From an uncultured virus (IMG/VR IMGVR_UViG_3300021387_003647) (taxonomy: Duplodnaviria; Heunggongvirae; Uroviricota; Caudoviricetes): DNA of 64,000 bases. This document shows positions 53,624 through 63,764 of the stretch, piece after piece. The notes under the pieces are model-generated. The model was not told the origin of the DNA and ran no database searches. It was given only the letters and a program-made list of their open reading frames with translations. Each line of letters begins with the position of its first letter. Position 1 is the first letter of the stretch. Position numbers and translations under genes: made by a program. The stretch lies in the IMG/VR virus record IMGVR_UViG_3300021387_003647; one strand, given 5' to 3'.

Positions 53624-55798
53624 TTAAACTTTTAAACTAAACTTCTTATAGAATTCATCTTCGTGAAGAATCTCGATACCGAGTTCTTTGGCAGTCTGAA
53701 GTTTCTTCGGGCCCGGACTCTCTCCGATGACCAGGTAGTTCGTCTTCTTGCTGACACTGTGTCCGCACTTGGCACCGAATGATTCCAGAAAGTCTTCAGC
53801 ACTGTCACCGGGAAAATACTTGCTGGCTCCGGAGAAAACTATCTTCAGACCTTCCAGTACCGGTCCGATGCTGTTCATACTTGGCTGTTCATCAGCACCA
53901 GTGGCAGTCAGTTGCAAACCGATTTCCGTCATCTTGTCCAACCAGTACTGTCCGTCTTCCGTCATAAACTGTCGGATATTCGCAGCCAGCACATCGCCGA
54001 TGCCGTCGATGTCCTTCAGTTCTTCTTCCGATGCATTCATCAGATTCTCGAAGGACTTGAACACTTTCACCAGGTTACGGGCATTCTGCTTGCCGATGCC
54101 GTCGATAGAGAGTCCGCTGATGATACGTTCCAACGGTTGAGTCTTCGACAGACGGATATTCTTATAATACTTCTTGATGCTCTTCTCACCATAACCGGCA
54201 CCCAGACGGTCAGCCAGTTCTTCGGGAGTGTAGTTCTTCTCCAAGTCATATAAGTCCAGCGGTTCGCAGATGACATTCTTCTCCACCATAGCGGCAATCA
54301 CTTCCGGTCCGATGTCCTGGATGTTCATCACGTCTTTCGAACACCAGTTCTCGATACGTCCGTTCACTTGTGCCGGACAGTTCTTGTTCGGACATTGCAG
54401 TGACTTGAAATCATCGCTCAGCACCAGTTCAGCACCGCATACCGGACAATGTGTGGGAGTCTCTATTACCTCAATCATCTTAAAGTCCTTGATACCGCTT
54501 TGCTCTACCCATCTGCGATATTCATCTTCTAATGGAGTACCGAGACAATACGGAATGACTCCACCCGACCGGGTAATCTTGATGGGACCGTTCAGCATCA
54601 AACCGTTATTCAGGATAAACAGCGGATTATTCAATGTCAGGTTCGAAACTGTTACACCATCTACGGGCACAGGACGTACATTGCCAACAGGAGTTACTGC
54701 ACCCTGACGACCCACTTGCCACGTCACAGACTCCAGCAACGTAATGGCTTCTCGCTCTTCGTTCCATTTACGGGCAATTCCCCACTCAATGGCACGATGG
54801 TCAACAGTCTTCATACGCTCTTCCTGACTCAACACTTTGATGACAACACCGTCGTAGTCGAAGTCCGGATTAGACTCATCCAGGTGTTTCTTGTATCCAG
54901 CAACAGTTTCGAGCACATCTTCCTTGTTGACATACACGGGTCGGGCATACTCTTCTATAAAGAAACCAAGATACTCGAACACAATACCCAAGTCGAAAGT
55001 ACGCAAGTCACAGTTGGCATATTCAGGATGCACTCGTCCGTTCTCTGTTACGATAATATCCCACGGGCGGAATGTCAACCGGCGAACTGCCGTGATGCGA
55101 GAATCCAGTTGTTTGATAGTTCCAGAGCAGGCATTGCGACAGTTTGCCATCAGTTTCTTGCCACTTGCAGCCAATTCCTGGTTGATGGCGGCAAATACCG
55201 AACGAGACATCAACACTTCACCGCGCACATAGATATCTTTACCGCGATAAAATACTTTGTTGCCGTTCAGAGTCAGCGGAATCGTCTTGATTGTCTTTGC
55301 ATTTGCCGTCACATCATCACCGATGTTCTTATCACCGCGAGTAGATGCGCTGACCATCACTCCGTCCTTGTAGTGAATCTCCAGCGATACACCGTCGAAC
55401 TTCGTACTGATTTCATAAGTCAGTGCCTTCTGCTTATTCAACCATGCCTCCAGTTCGTTCTGGTTGTACGTGTTGTCAATCGTCAACATCGAAATGGGAT
55501 GTTTCACCTTATCGAAACCGTCCTGAATGTCAGAACCCACTCGTTGTGTCGGAGAGTTCGGGAATATCGTTCCCGTCTGCTTCTCCATATCTTCCAGGCG
55601 ATGCAGTTGCAAATCGAATTCTGTATCAGAGAACTCCGACTGCTTTCCTTGATAGTACAGTTTCGATGCTTCATCCAGTCGGTCAGTCAGTTCCCGCTGT
55701 TCAGTCAGCAAGTCCTTGTGTGACTCTTCCGGCTGCTCAGCAGTCTCGCTGTTCCCGAATATCAAGTCATCATCGAATAAGTTATAACTGTCTGGCAT
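53624..55798 (-). CDS. ligA: NAD-dependent DNA ligase
   Basis: KFDG, TRGD, VRGE, DGVVIK, zinc finger, HhH and BRCT domains. Confidence 0.95.
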   Translation of the reverse strand: MPDSYNLFDDDLIFGNSETAEQPEESHKDLLTEQRELTDRLDEASKLYYQGKQSEFSDTEFDLQLHRLEDMEKQTGTIFPNSPTQRVGSDIQDGFDKVKHPISMLTIDNTYNQNELEAWLNKQKALTYEISTKFDGVSLEIHYKDGVMVSASTRGDKNIGDDVTANAKTIKTIPLTLNGNKVFYRGKDIYVRGEVLMSRSVFAAINQELAASGKKLMANCRNACSGTIKQLDSRITAVRRLTFRPWDIIVTENGRVHPEYANCDLRTFDLGIVFEYLGFFIEEYARPVYVNKEDVLETVAGYKKHLDESNPDFDYDGVVIKVLSQEERMKTVDHRAIEWGIARKWNEEREAITLLESVTWQVGRQGAVTPVGNVRPVPVDGVTVSNLTLNNPLFILNNGLMLNGPIKITRSGGVIPYCLGTPLEDEYRRWVEQSGIKDFKMIEVIETPTHCPVCGAELVLSDDFKSLQCPNKNCPAQVNGRIENWCSKDVMNIQDIGPEVIAAMVEKNVICEPLDLYDLEKNYTPEELADRLGAGYGEKSIKKYYKNIRLSKTQPLERIISGLSIDGIGKQNARNLVKVFKSFENLMNASEEELKDIDGIGDVLAANIRQFMTEDGQYWLDKMTEIGLQLTATGADEQPSMNSIGPVLEGLKIVFSGASKYFPGDSAEDFLESFGAKCGHSVSKKTNYLVIGESPGPKKLQTAKELGIEILHEDEFYKKFSLKV

Positions 55799-55803
55799 AG
55801 TCG

Positions 55804-56310
55804 TTATGATTTTACGATTTTCACTTGAGCATTCATTGTTTTCGTAGCAGCATCTTTCTTCTTCTCTGGAGTATCCTTTTTCGCAGCAGAAGCAGCAGTC
55901 TTACGACGAGCCTGTGTTGCCGGTTTGCCGTTCTGAGCCTCAGTTATCAGATTGTAAATCTTCTCGGGAGTCTCGTTCACTTCCAGTTCGTCGCCATAGA
56001 GGTCGAGCATCGTAGTCTCACCGTCAGTCAGAATAGTAATGATGTAGTTGTAGTTTACAACAGCCACTGAGTTGTCGTCTGCCAGATGTACACGAATACA
56101 GGAACTTCCGACCAGTGTACTGATTTTCTCGGGAGTCTCGTTCACAACGATTTCACCGGTGTCATCCACCATATGATACGTTACCTTCGTTGCATCGCTT
56201 TCGTCATCGTGCAATGCGAACATAAATGCCGATACGTTGATGCCGGCGGGATGATTCCCCTCTGCACTGTGCAGACGGATAAACTTTGATTCTTGGTCCT
56301 TTTGTAACAT
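55804..56310 (-). CDS. hypothetical protein with two tandem 'VNETPEKI' domains
   Basis: Internal duplication; Lys/Ala-rich tail. Confidence 0.65.
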   Translation of the reverse strand: MLQKDQESKFIRLHSAEGNHPAGINVSAFMFALHDDESDATKVTYHMVDDTGEIVVNETPEKISTLVGSSCIRVHLADDNSVAVVNYNYIITILTDGETTMLDLYGDELEVNETPEKIYNLITEAQNGKPATQARRKTAASAAKKDTPEKKKDAATKTMNAQVKIVKS

Positions 56311-56336
56311 AATAATACTTATTTTTATTGTTTAAC

Positions 56337-56723
56337 TTATAGTTTCTTAATCGGCACGAACACATCATACTGTGTGTCGTCTTCGAAGTGTTCAACAGAG
56401 TCTTCAAACCACGAGCCCCACTTGTATCGCTGATAGATGAACTTCTCTCCGTCCCACTTGGCTTTCGAAGCATTGCGACACGAACCCAGATACTCTGCAC
56501 CCACTTCCAGTTCACTCTTCGGAATGGCTCCGCAGCGAATCAGGTTCTTGATGACTACTTCTTCAAACTCTTTACGGTCTTTGAAGATGGGAACATCCGG
56601 AATGTGGTCTTCATCCTTTATCGGACCCATCTTCTGGAAATACTCCACTGTGAGTTGATGCTGCTGTGCCTTACGCTCAGTTGCTTCCTTCTTCTGTTGT
56701 GCTATGATATCTTCTCTATTCAT
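56337..56723 (-). CDS. hypothetical phage protein
   Basis: ORF; GSCRNA..AKWDG motif. Confidence 0.65.
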   Translation of the reverse strand: MNREDIIAQQKKEATERKAQQHQLTVEYFQKMGPIKDEDHIPDVPIFKDRKEFEEVVIKNLIRCGAIPKSELEVGAEYLGSCRNASKAKWDGEKFIYQRYKWGSWFEDSVEHFEDDTQYDVFVPIKKL

Positions 56724-57171
56724 CTTCTACTTTTACTAGATTCATCTTTCTTACTACTTCCTGAGTCAACCAGTCGTCTTCGAATACTTGTCTGTTTCCG
56801 CCACTATAAACAGAAGTTCCGTCCGGCTTACGATACATCTTCAGATACGGCTGGTTAGTCTCATAAGTAATATCTACGAGCCACCAATAACCCTCTTCAT
56901 CTTGAAGTATGTCTTCCTCATAAATCGGCTGTGCGTTCTGGTCAAACACTTTCGTAGCGTGTTTATAACTGATGACTGTCGCTCTCAGTTTCGACTCATT
57001 GAAATAGATGTCATAACCGGAACTACCATCCGTAGAACTTTGCAGAAACTTATATCCCTGTTTACGCAGACTCTCAAAGATAGGATCCGTCACTTCTTCA
57101 TACTGACTCAAATCGTCGAATGCAGCAATCATCTCGCCGTCCTGGAATACTTCATACCTTGTTTTTGCCAT
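56716..57171 (-). CDS. hypothetical protein (YopX-like C-terminus)
   Basis: DQNAQPIYEEDIL; TACCTTTG promoter at 57200-57207. Confidence 0.55.
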   Translation of the reverse strand: MAKTRYEVFQDGEMIAAFDDLSQYEEVTDPIFESLRKQGYKFLQSSTDGSSGYDIYFNESKLRATVISYKHATKVFDQNAQPIYEEDILQDEEGYWWLVDITYETNQPYLKMYRKPDGTSVYSGGNRQVFEDDWLTQEVVRKMNLVKVEDE

Positions 57172-57305
57172 TTCTTTTTATTTTTAAAGTTTTCTGCTCC
57201 AAAGGTAATCATTATTTTTCAAACGACAATGACTTTGCTGCATCTTTTAGGACTAATTAACAGTTCATTGTGCAAAATCTGCACTTTGACTCCCAGAAAA
57301 CCGCA

Positions 57306-57965
57306 TCAGATGATGCGATTCACTACTTTCTGGTCGATTTCCTTCTCCATCATAAACGATGCGAAGTAGTCGGCCTGTGCTACAATCTGCACCAGTGGAA
57401 TGTCGTTCATCGACTGCATCAGGTCTGACTTCGTATAAGGACTCATCATCAGTCCGATGTCAGTCATTCCCATATGCCACATAATCGCAGCCAGTTCGTT
57501 CATATTCAACTGAATCATCGTCTGGAGTATCGCACAACTCGCACTGCCGTGCCCTAGAGGAATCTGCTTCTCAATCTCATATGAGATGTACTTCTGCCAC
57601 GAGTTGGTATCATCCTTGAAGAACTTTACCGTCTCCTTGTACTGATTGATTTTACATACATCGTGCAGCAGACAACACAATGTCAGCGACTGCAACGGAA
57701 CAGTCTGGTCGATGTTCTTCTCCTGAAGACCCAGTTCTCGTGCCATATCCATCAGTTTCAGTGCCGCGTAATAGACGTTCAGACTATGCCGGACCAGTCC
57801 GTACTTGAAGCAGCCGTGGAATTTACTACTTGCCGGAGCTACGAAGAAGTCAGTCTTCGTTTCCAGCCATTCAATCAAATTGTCCATACCCGGACGTTCT
57901 ACTTGTCGGAGCAGTCCCAGAAACTCTTCCTTCATCTGTGCTCCCTGTTGATCTGTGTATACCAT
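57306..57965 (-). CDS. HD-domain hydrolase
   Basis: APASSKFH, HSLNV, LLHDVCK, GHG, WHMG, QAD. Confidence 0.85.
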   Translation of the reverse strand: MVYTDQQGAQMKEEFLGLLRQVERPGMDNLIEWLETKTDFFVAPASSKFHGCFKYGLVRHSLNVYYAALKLMDMARELGLQEKNIDQTVPLQSLTLCCLLHDVCKINQYKETVKFFKDDTNSWQKYISYEIEKQIPLGHGSASCAILQTMIQLNMNELAAIMWHMGMTDIGLMMSPYTKSDLMQSMNDIPLVQIVAQADYFASFMMEKEIDQKVVNRII

Positions 57966-58046
57966 TATTAATATATAAATTAAAATTTATGTTTCTATAA
58001 GAATATACTACAGATCTACAGATGAGTCTATTTTTAGGAAAATCCG

Positions 58047-59282
58047 TTAATCTTCGTTCTCTTCTTCTCGGATGTCTTCTTCGAAGTACCATTCGGCAAA
58101 CTGATGCAGATAATCATAGAGTTCGATGAAACCGCGGGGATTATAATCCTGGTCACAAGTCTTGCTCGGGTTAATGACCATCGGCATACTAGTCAGCCAA
58201 ATCATCAGTTTGATGAAACGGACTGTCTCTTCACGACATTCAGTTAACATCTTCCGGTAACTCTCGTAACCGAGCATCTTGAACTGCATCATAAACATCT
58301 TTGAACGACCCATAGAAGTGCCGCTGAAACTGATGTTATGCTCGTATAGTTTTTCCAGTTCGTTCTTGATTTCTGTCAGACGGTCGAACTGTTCCTTAGT
58401 CGGACAACCGGGAATACCGAACTCTTTCTGCTGATACACACTCGTATAGATATTAATCTCAGTGCTAAGCGGAGAATGGTCCCAATAGAATGAGTCGAAG
58501 ATGTTCGGGAATGTTTTCTTCTTCTGACTCATACCGGTACTGTCATACTTATCAGTATCTTTTGATTCATCAGTTGCTTCGGTGTCCCGTATAATCTTCC
58601 TGGCTTCGTCTTCCAAGTCCAGAATCTTCAGATGACCGTTGAATGCTTCGTTCATATCTATAGCATCCCAAGACCATCCCCACTTGATGTCATTACCGGT
58701 AATCTCATCATACACCGCTTCGTGTTCGAACAACAGAGCAAGACCGGGAAGTTTCTTGTTCTCTTCCTCTGGACTCTCTTCTTCTATCATATCCAGCAGA
58801 CGTTTCTTGTCTTCTTCTGAGTGCTCCGTATCTTTAGCGAGCATTTCTTTCAAATAATCCTTCGTGCTCTTCTCGCTGCGCAGGAAACCATAGAGTTTAC
58901 GCAACGGATAATACTTGTCAGCTTCGTGCTGCTCATGCCCGTGCTCACCCATTTCCTTGTCAGCACGTTCCCAATACTTGATATTGTCTTCCAGGGAATG
59001 ACCGTACAGACAACGCTCAACAGCCTTGTAAACATCTTCTATGTTCGCACCGGTAATCTTCTCGATTATCTCGACATTGAAGTCGCGGTCGATATTCTCT
59101 ACACTGCCGTAGTCATCATACTTTCCACGCACCGGAAGTCCCCATGGAGCAATCAGTGCATCGGGAATAAACAACTCGTGAAGATTTCTGACTGCATTCT
59201 CAGTCACAATGAAACACACTACTCGGTCGCCGCAGCGAATGGGCAACTTCGAAATAAAACCCGTCGTATTGAAACATCCCAT
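58047..59282 (-). CDS. hypothetical protein
   Basis: 411-aa ORF. Confidence 0.7.
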   Translation of the reverse strand: MGCFNTTGFISKLPIRCGDRVVCFIVTENAVRNLHELFIPDALIAPWGLPVRGKYDDYGSVENIDRDFNVEIIEKITGANIEDVYKAVERCLYGHSLEDNIKYWERADKEMGEHGHEQHEADKYYPLRKLYGFLRSEKSTKDYLKEMLAKDTEHSEEDKKRLLDMIEEESPEEENKKLPGLALLFEHEAVYDEITGNDIKWGWSWDAIDMNEAFNGHLKILDLEDEARKIIRDTEATDESKDTDKYDSTGMSQKKKTFPNIFDSFYWDHSPLSTEINIYTSVYQQKEFGIPGCPTKEQFDRLTEIKNELEKLYEHNISFSGTSMGRSKMFMMQFKMLGYESYRKMLTECREETVRFIKLMIWLTSMPMVINPSKTCDQDYNPRGFIELYDYLHQFAEWYFEEDIREEENED

Positions 59283-59294
59283 GTTCTTTTGTTT

Positions 59295-59849
59295 TTAATC
59301 GTTAAACTCTTCCATCATAAAATACTTAGCGGGAACTTCCTTCACTAGCCACACACCGTTAGTGCTCAGAAAGAACTCATAACCGTCAGCAGCCATCTGC
59401 TTCGCATTGATGCGAATAATGATGATTTGCTTGGAGTGTCGCTTGCCGACCATCTCTGCCGTTTCTTCATCGACAGACAGATGAACATACAGACGACTCA
59501 TCGGCTTCAGACCTTCCTTGATGATGGTGTTCCAGTACATCTTCTCTGAAGTGCCGTGATAGAGAATATCGGGCGGTGTCGCCGGCTGTAGTTCTACATC
59601 AACGGGAATAGAATGTCCCTGACGTGCACGAATGCATCGTTTGTCGTCAGAATACTCATAGCGGTTCTTGTTGTTCGTAGCAACAATATCGTCCAGCAAC
59701 TTGGGAGTATAACCCTGTTCACGTATCAGTTCGCTGACCAGTCGCCAGCCGTGCTTGTCTATCAGTCCGGCATCAAATGCTTCCTTGTCGTGCCGGAGCA
59801 GGAAAGCCAGATGCTTTCCCTTGTTAATCAATCGCTTCTCGTAACTCAT
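59295..59849 (-). CDS. kptA: RNA 2'-phosphotransferase (Tpt1/KptA)
   Basis: LLRH, K.RY, IRARQGHS, LYHGT, VHLS, NGVWL. Confidence 0.92.
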   Translation of the reverse strand: MSYEKRLINKGKHLAFLLRHDKEAFDAGLIDKHGWRLVSELIREQGYTPKLLDDIVATNNKNRYEYSDDKRCIRARQGHSIPVDVELQPATPPDILYHGTSEKMYWNTIIKEGLKPMSRLYVHLSVDEETAEMVGKRHSKQIIIIRINAKQMAADGYEFFLSTNGVWLVKEVPAKYFMMEEFND

Positions 59850-59851
59850 AA

Positions 59852-60805
59852 TTATAAATCGTTAATGTCTTCTTCTCTTAAATATTCCAAATCAACCAGC
59901 AGCATCAAGTCACGTGCCTGTACAATATCGTCACACTTGTCTCTGGTCTCGAAGTTCCAGAACTTCAATGCAGTCTCTTTTGCTTCTCCGAAAGTAGTGA
60001 AAGCCTTTGCCAGACTAGCCTTGCCGAGCCTTTCATCCAGACTATCACCCCAACTGAATGAAGTGTCTTCTGGTTTAACGATGAAATACTTCACTTCAGA
60101 ATTATAATACGGAATCGTCTTGAAGAACAAATTATGATTGTCTTCGGGAATGTTCAGTTCCTTCGTGTCTCTGGGAAGTTGCACCACCCAAGGAATTTTC
60201 CGGATGTGAAGTTCAAACGGATAGTATGTCTGATAGAGCACATACAGCGGAGACTGGTCTTTCAAGTCCTTGAACCTTATCGGAGTATACTCTTCTTTCG
60301 GCAACTGATACTCTTCCTTATACAGCAATGTCCTGCGCAACTGCTCGTAGCGGTCGTTCAGCGATTTCATTCGCTTGTATAATACTCGGAGTTCATTACA
60401 GCACGTACTGCGGAGTTCATCAACAGCAAGTTCCCTGGTCGTGCAGATACTGCAACTCAGACAACTGTCCTTGTCGGTGAAGTCGCTGACTCCGCGCTCA
60501 GCCCACATCGACTTGTAGACCCTAATAAAACCGTCCCAGACTTTCTGACCGTCATCATTGATGGTAATCTGCTCCGGGAACCAGAAGAACATCACATCAT
60601 CACCGTCATTGTACGGACGGCAGATATAATTCTGATATGCTGCTTCTGCTGCGTCATCACTACCGAAGATGTGCTTGAAATACTCCTTCAGTGTAAACAC
60701 ATAAGGAACGTTCACTTCCTTCACCTGCGGTTCTTCACCGTTCACTGCCAAGTAAACTACATCACCCGGCTTCACGTCTTTGAATGTCTTAATGTCTTTA
60801 TCCAT
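59852..60805 (-). CDS. hypothetical protein (paralog of next gene)
   Basis: Shared FxxxKxGDxVYLA..FPE..SCxICTT motifs. Confidence 0.65.
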   Translation of the reverse strand: MDKDIKTFKDVKPGDVVYLAVNGEEPQVKEVNVPYVFTLKEYFKHIFGSDDAAEAAYQNYICRPYNDGDDVMFFWFPEQITINDDGQKVWDGFIRVYKSMWAERGVSDFTDKDSCLSCSICTTRELAVDELRSTCCNELRVLYKRMKSLNDRYEQLRRTLLYKEEYQLPKEEYTPIRFKDLKDQSPLYVLYQTYYPFELHIRKIPWVVQLPRDTKELNIPEDNHNLFFKTIPYYNSEVKYFIVKPEDTSFSWGDSLDERLGKASLAKAFTTFGEAKETALKFWNFETRDKCDDIVQARDLMLLVDLEYLREEDINDL

Positions 60806-60808
60806 AAC

Positions 60809-61384
60809 TTATACGTTTTTAATTGTTTCTTCTAACTTTGCTTCCTGGTCGGCAATCTCCACCAGGTCTGACTGTGCCTTGCGGATACGCTCTTCAGCGT
60901 TTTTACGGGCAACTTCCATCTCGCCGCGGATAATCGTAATCGCTTCTTCCAGTGTTGTGCAGATGTTACAACTGCGACGCAGATATTCGTGGGTGTTGTC
61001 GTGATTCTCCGTGAAATCGAAAGTCTCGTCACCCCACGTAGCATCACTCTCCACTCGCTCTACAGCATCCCAATAAGGAGGCTCTGCATTCGGGCCGGTC
61101 TGCGGACGCTCATACTCAGGAAAGAAGAGGAAAGTCCAGTTGTCCCACCAGTGGAAATTCTTCCACTCCAGTTCTGTCTTGTTGGCAGTCCACGGATACT
61201 TCTTGACATGCATCTCATACTGTTCCTGATTCGTCATCACCTGGGGATACAGTTTCTTAATCGTGTACTCGCGGTTGTGGTTGTCGAAGATAGCCAGATA
61301 AACCGGGTCACCCGTCTTCAGTTCGCCGAACTTCTTGTAGTTGGCGTTCTTGTCTGTTGTGTAATTGAATTCTAAATTGTCCAT
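60809..61384 (-). CDS. hypothetical protein
   Basis: TACCTTTG promoter at 61413-61420. Confidence 0.65.
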   Translation of the reverse strand: MDNLEFNYTTDKNANYKKFGELKTGDPVYLAIFDNHNREYTIKKLYPQVMTNQEQYEMHVKKYPWTANKTELEWKNFHWWDNWTFLFFPEYERPQTGPNAEPPYWDAVERVESDATWGDETFDFTENHDNTHEYLRRSCNICTTLEEAITIIRGEMEVARKNAEERIRKAQSDLVEIADQEAKLEETIKNV

Positions 61385-61602
61385 AATCTTTTTATGCTTT
61401 AATTTCTGCAAGCAAAGGTACAACATTTTTTGTTACCATGCAAACATTTCGCAGGAAAAGTTCCAGTATTTAACACTCCTTAACTAAACGGCTGCATTTT
61501 CGTCAGTTTTTGAACGTATTTTCGGAAATAAAATCCTCACGATTAGAACTTTCCCCGTATTATATAGTATAATGTATAGAAACGAATATAAATTGAAGTG
61601 AA

Positions 61603-62151
61603 ATGACAAGATTTGAAATTTTTAAGGAGAAACTGAAGATTTGCTGGAAACTCTGGAGAGCCAACCAGTATTTCTTTGCATCGTATCGGGGAGATATGAG
61701 TGTGGGTGTGCAGATATTAGGTAAGAAGAATCTGTCGTGTTTTAACTCTGAGCCTACTTATCCGATATTCATCGAGACGTGCGAGAAGATGTGCCGTCAG
61801 TTGGCGGAAGAGTCCAACGAACAGTGGGAATCTGTCGGAGAGCAGATTCTGAGGTATGACGACTTGTTTGCGCTGCTTAACTACGGCATCTACTGCTACG
61901 TATCATTGCCCGATGACTTTCAGGACAGTTCAAAACGATGGGTAGTCAAAGGCAACGGTGAGACAAAGCACATTGAAGTGTGGGAGTCTCGTGCTGACGG
62001 CAAACTGCTGTGGGAATACAACAGCGGCGACGAGATGAAAGAGAAACTCTGGGAACCACAGACAGCATCTGGAAGAATCTTCTATTTCCTGCATTATGAA
62101 GCAAAAGAACAGTCAGCAGAGGGCATCATAGAAGATAATTTTCCTAAGTGA
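61603..62151 (+). CDS. hypothetical protein
   Basis: Promoter motif at 61547-61573. Confidence 0.6.
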   Translation: MTRFEIFKEKLKICWKLWRANQYFFASYRGDMSVGVQILGKKNLSCFNSEPTYPIFIETCEKMCRQLAEESNEQWESVGEQILRYDDLFALLNYGIYCYVSLPDDFQDSSKRWVVKGNGETKHIEVWESRADGKLLWEYNSGDEMKEKLWEPQTASGRIFYFLHYEAKEQSAEGIIEDNFPK

Positions 62152-62166
62152 GATAAATACTTCGTT

Positions 62167-62457
62167 ATGCTATGGTATATCATATACATAATAGTAGCGA
62201 TTTATGTGCTATTCTGCCTGTCGTATAACATACGAAAAGGCAAGAAGTTCTTTAAGAAACAGATCAGGAATAGCCTGAATGGACGTCTCGGAACTGTCAA
62301 GGACAATCTCGGAGGCTGTGCATATGAAGTATTGGTATATTCACCAGAAGGAAACATCAAGCGGACGTGCTGGTCCGAGACCGGAGACATAGAAGTAGGC
62401 ACGGAAGTGACACTACAATGGAACGAAAAAGAAAACAAATATTTCTTGCAGCTTTAA
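62167..62457 (+). CDS. small membrane-anchored protein (NfeD-like OB fold possible)
   Basis: N-terminal hydrophobic helix; IEVGTEV. Confidence 0.5.
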   Translation: MLWYIIYIIVAIYVLFCLSYNIRKGKKFFKKQIRNSLNGRLGTVKDNLGGCAYEVLVYSPEGNIKRTCWSETGDIEVGTEVTLQWNEKENKYFLQL

Positions 62458-62599
62458 ACAAGCGCATTGCTTTTGACATAGTTAATTTATAAATTTTTCG
62501 AGAGGACAATTCGTTCTCTCGTTTTTTATATTAAAAAGAGTGCTCCCGTTTCTGAGAGCACTCAAATCAATGAAAGTATTAAAACCACAAAACATTTCA

Positions 62600-63709
62600 T
62601 TACATATCCAGATAGTCGGACATATCGTCATCTTCGGGCTTCGGAGCCTTGCTGATGCGACTGTCTTCAATCTCTTCGGGATTCTCCTTCATGAATCCTT
62701 TCTCAATAGCATCAATACTGAGCTTAATCTTCAGCACTGAAGAAATCCAGTTCAGAATCAGTTTACCGGTCCGGCGAGTCTCTTCGTTCTTGAAGAAGTC
62801 ATAGACGTTGGTAATGTCACTGCTCTTCGGTGTGGGCTGTGCAATCTTACCGTCGATACCGCCATCGAGCCAACCCTGCTTCTTCATCACACGATAAGCC
62901 ATCTGCGGAGCCTTACAACCGTAGATAAGATTCTCGTTCACTGCTACATACAGACGGAACATAAAGCTCTTCTGTGTGTCGCCGATAAGGATGTAGTAGA
63001 TGTTGTAGAACGGAGTGTCAGGATCTTCCGGCTTCTCGATATTCTTCTTACGCTGTACGATGCAGACTTCATAACCGCTGGCGGGAGTCTCGTCAATAGG
63101 CAGATACTCACCTTCAGTCACGTAACGCTGACGAGCAGGTGCTTTGTCACCCATAAAGTAACGGTAGTGAATGCTGGTGCCGAGCAAGTCGTTAATCTGT
63201 GCGGAAACTTCCTTAGCCATTGCCTTGTTACGACCCAATGCACAGCCGATAGCATACAGGTTGCTCTTGGCGATAGCACGACGCTGATACAAGTTGGCAA
63301 TGTCGGTCTTAATGTCCATCGATTTAATCTCAACGAGGTCGCTCTTGCGAATACGAACTACAGCCGTGTAGTTCTTCTGGTACTGGAACACCAGCACGTT
63401 CATATTGTGCGGTGTGTAGTTGGCAATCGTGAACACGCGGCCTCCGGGAATTTCAATCTCCTTCAGGATATCGAGCGTCACTTCGTGCTCAGTATGCTGT
63501 TCACGAGCCAGGGCTTCATCACCCATAGAACGGAACCGTGCTGCCAGGTCAGTCTGACCGTACTTCTCAGCACGCTCAGCAGCATCGTAGTACATCGTGC
63601 TGCTGGCCTCATCCAGTGTCATAGCCGATACGTAAGCATCAATCATCGGCCCGCACTGTTCTTGAATCTTTTTTACGATGGCATCAACCATCTTCTGTTT
63701 GTCTTTCAT
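62600..63709 (-). CDS. hypothetical protein (late promoter)
   Basis: 369-aa ORF; GATAAATA at 63743-63750. Confidence 0.7.
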   Translation of the reverse strand: MKDKQKMVDAIVKKIQEQCGPMIDAYVSAMTLDEASSTMYYDAAERAEKYGQTDLAARFRSMGDEALAREQHTEHEVTLDILKEIEIPGGRVFTIANYTPHNMNVLVFQYQKNYTAVVRIRKSDLVEIKSMDIKTDIANLYQRRAIAKSNLYAIGCALGRNKAMAKEVSAQINDLLGTSIHYRYFMGDKAPARQRYVTEGEYLPIDETPASGYEVCIVQRKKNIEKPEDPDTPFYNIYYILIGDTQKSFMFRLYVAVNENLIYGCKAPQMAYRVMKKQGWLDGGIDGKIAQPTPKSSDITNVYDFFKNEETRRTGKLILNWISSVLKIKLSIDAIEKGFMKENPEEIEDSRISKAPKPEDDDMSDYLDM

Positions 63710-63764
63710 TATTATTTGCGCAAAAAATATTTTAATTTGTGTTATTTATCAACGACTGTCAGAG

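Noticed and set aside
50665..55723. Long antisense ORFs (e.g. 50665..51708, 51796..52839, 54716..55723; also 5644..6570 and 9682..10731)
   Set aside because: They are shadows of well-supported opposite-strand genes and carry no motifs.
49556..55798. Bacterial chromosome contamination
   Set aside because: The genes are embedded among phage-type hypothetical genes with the same terminators and gene packing.
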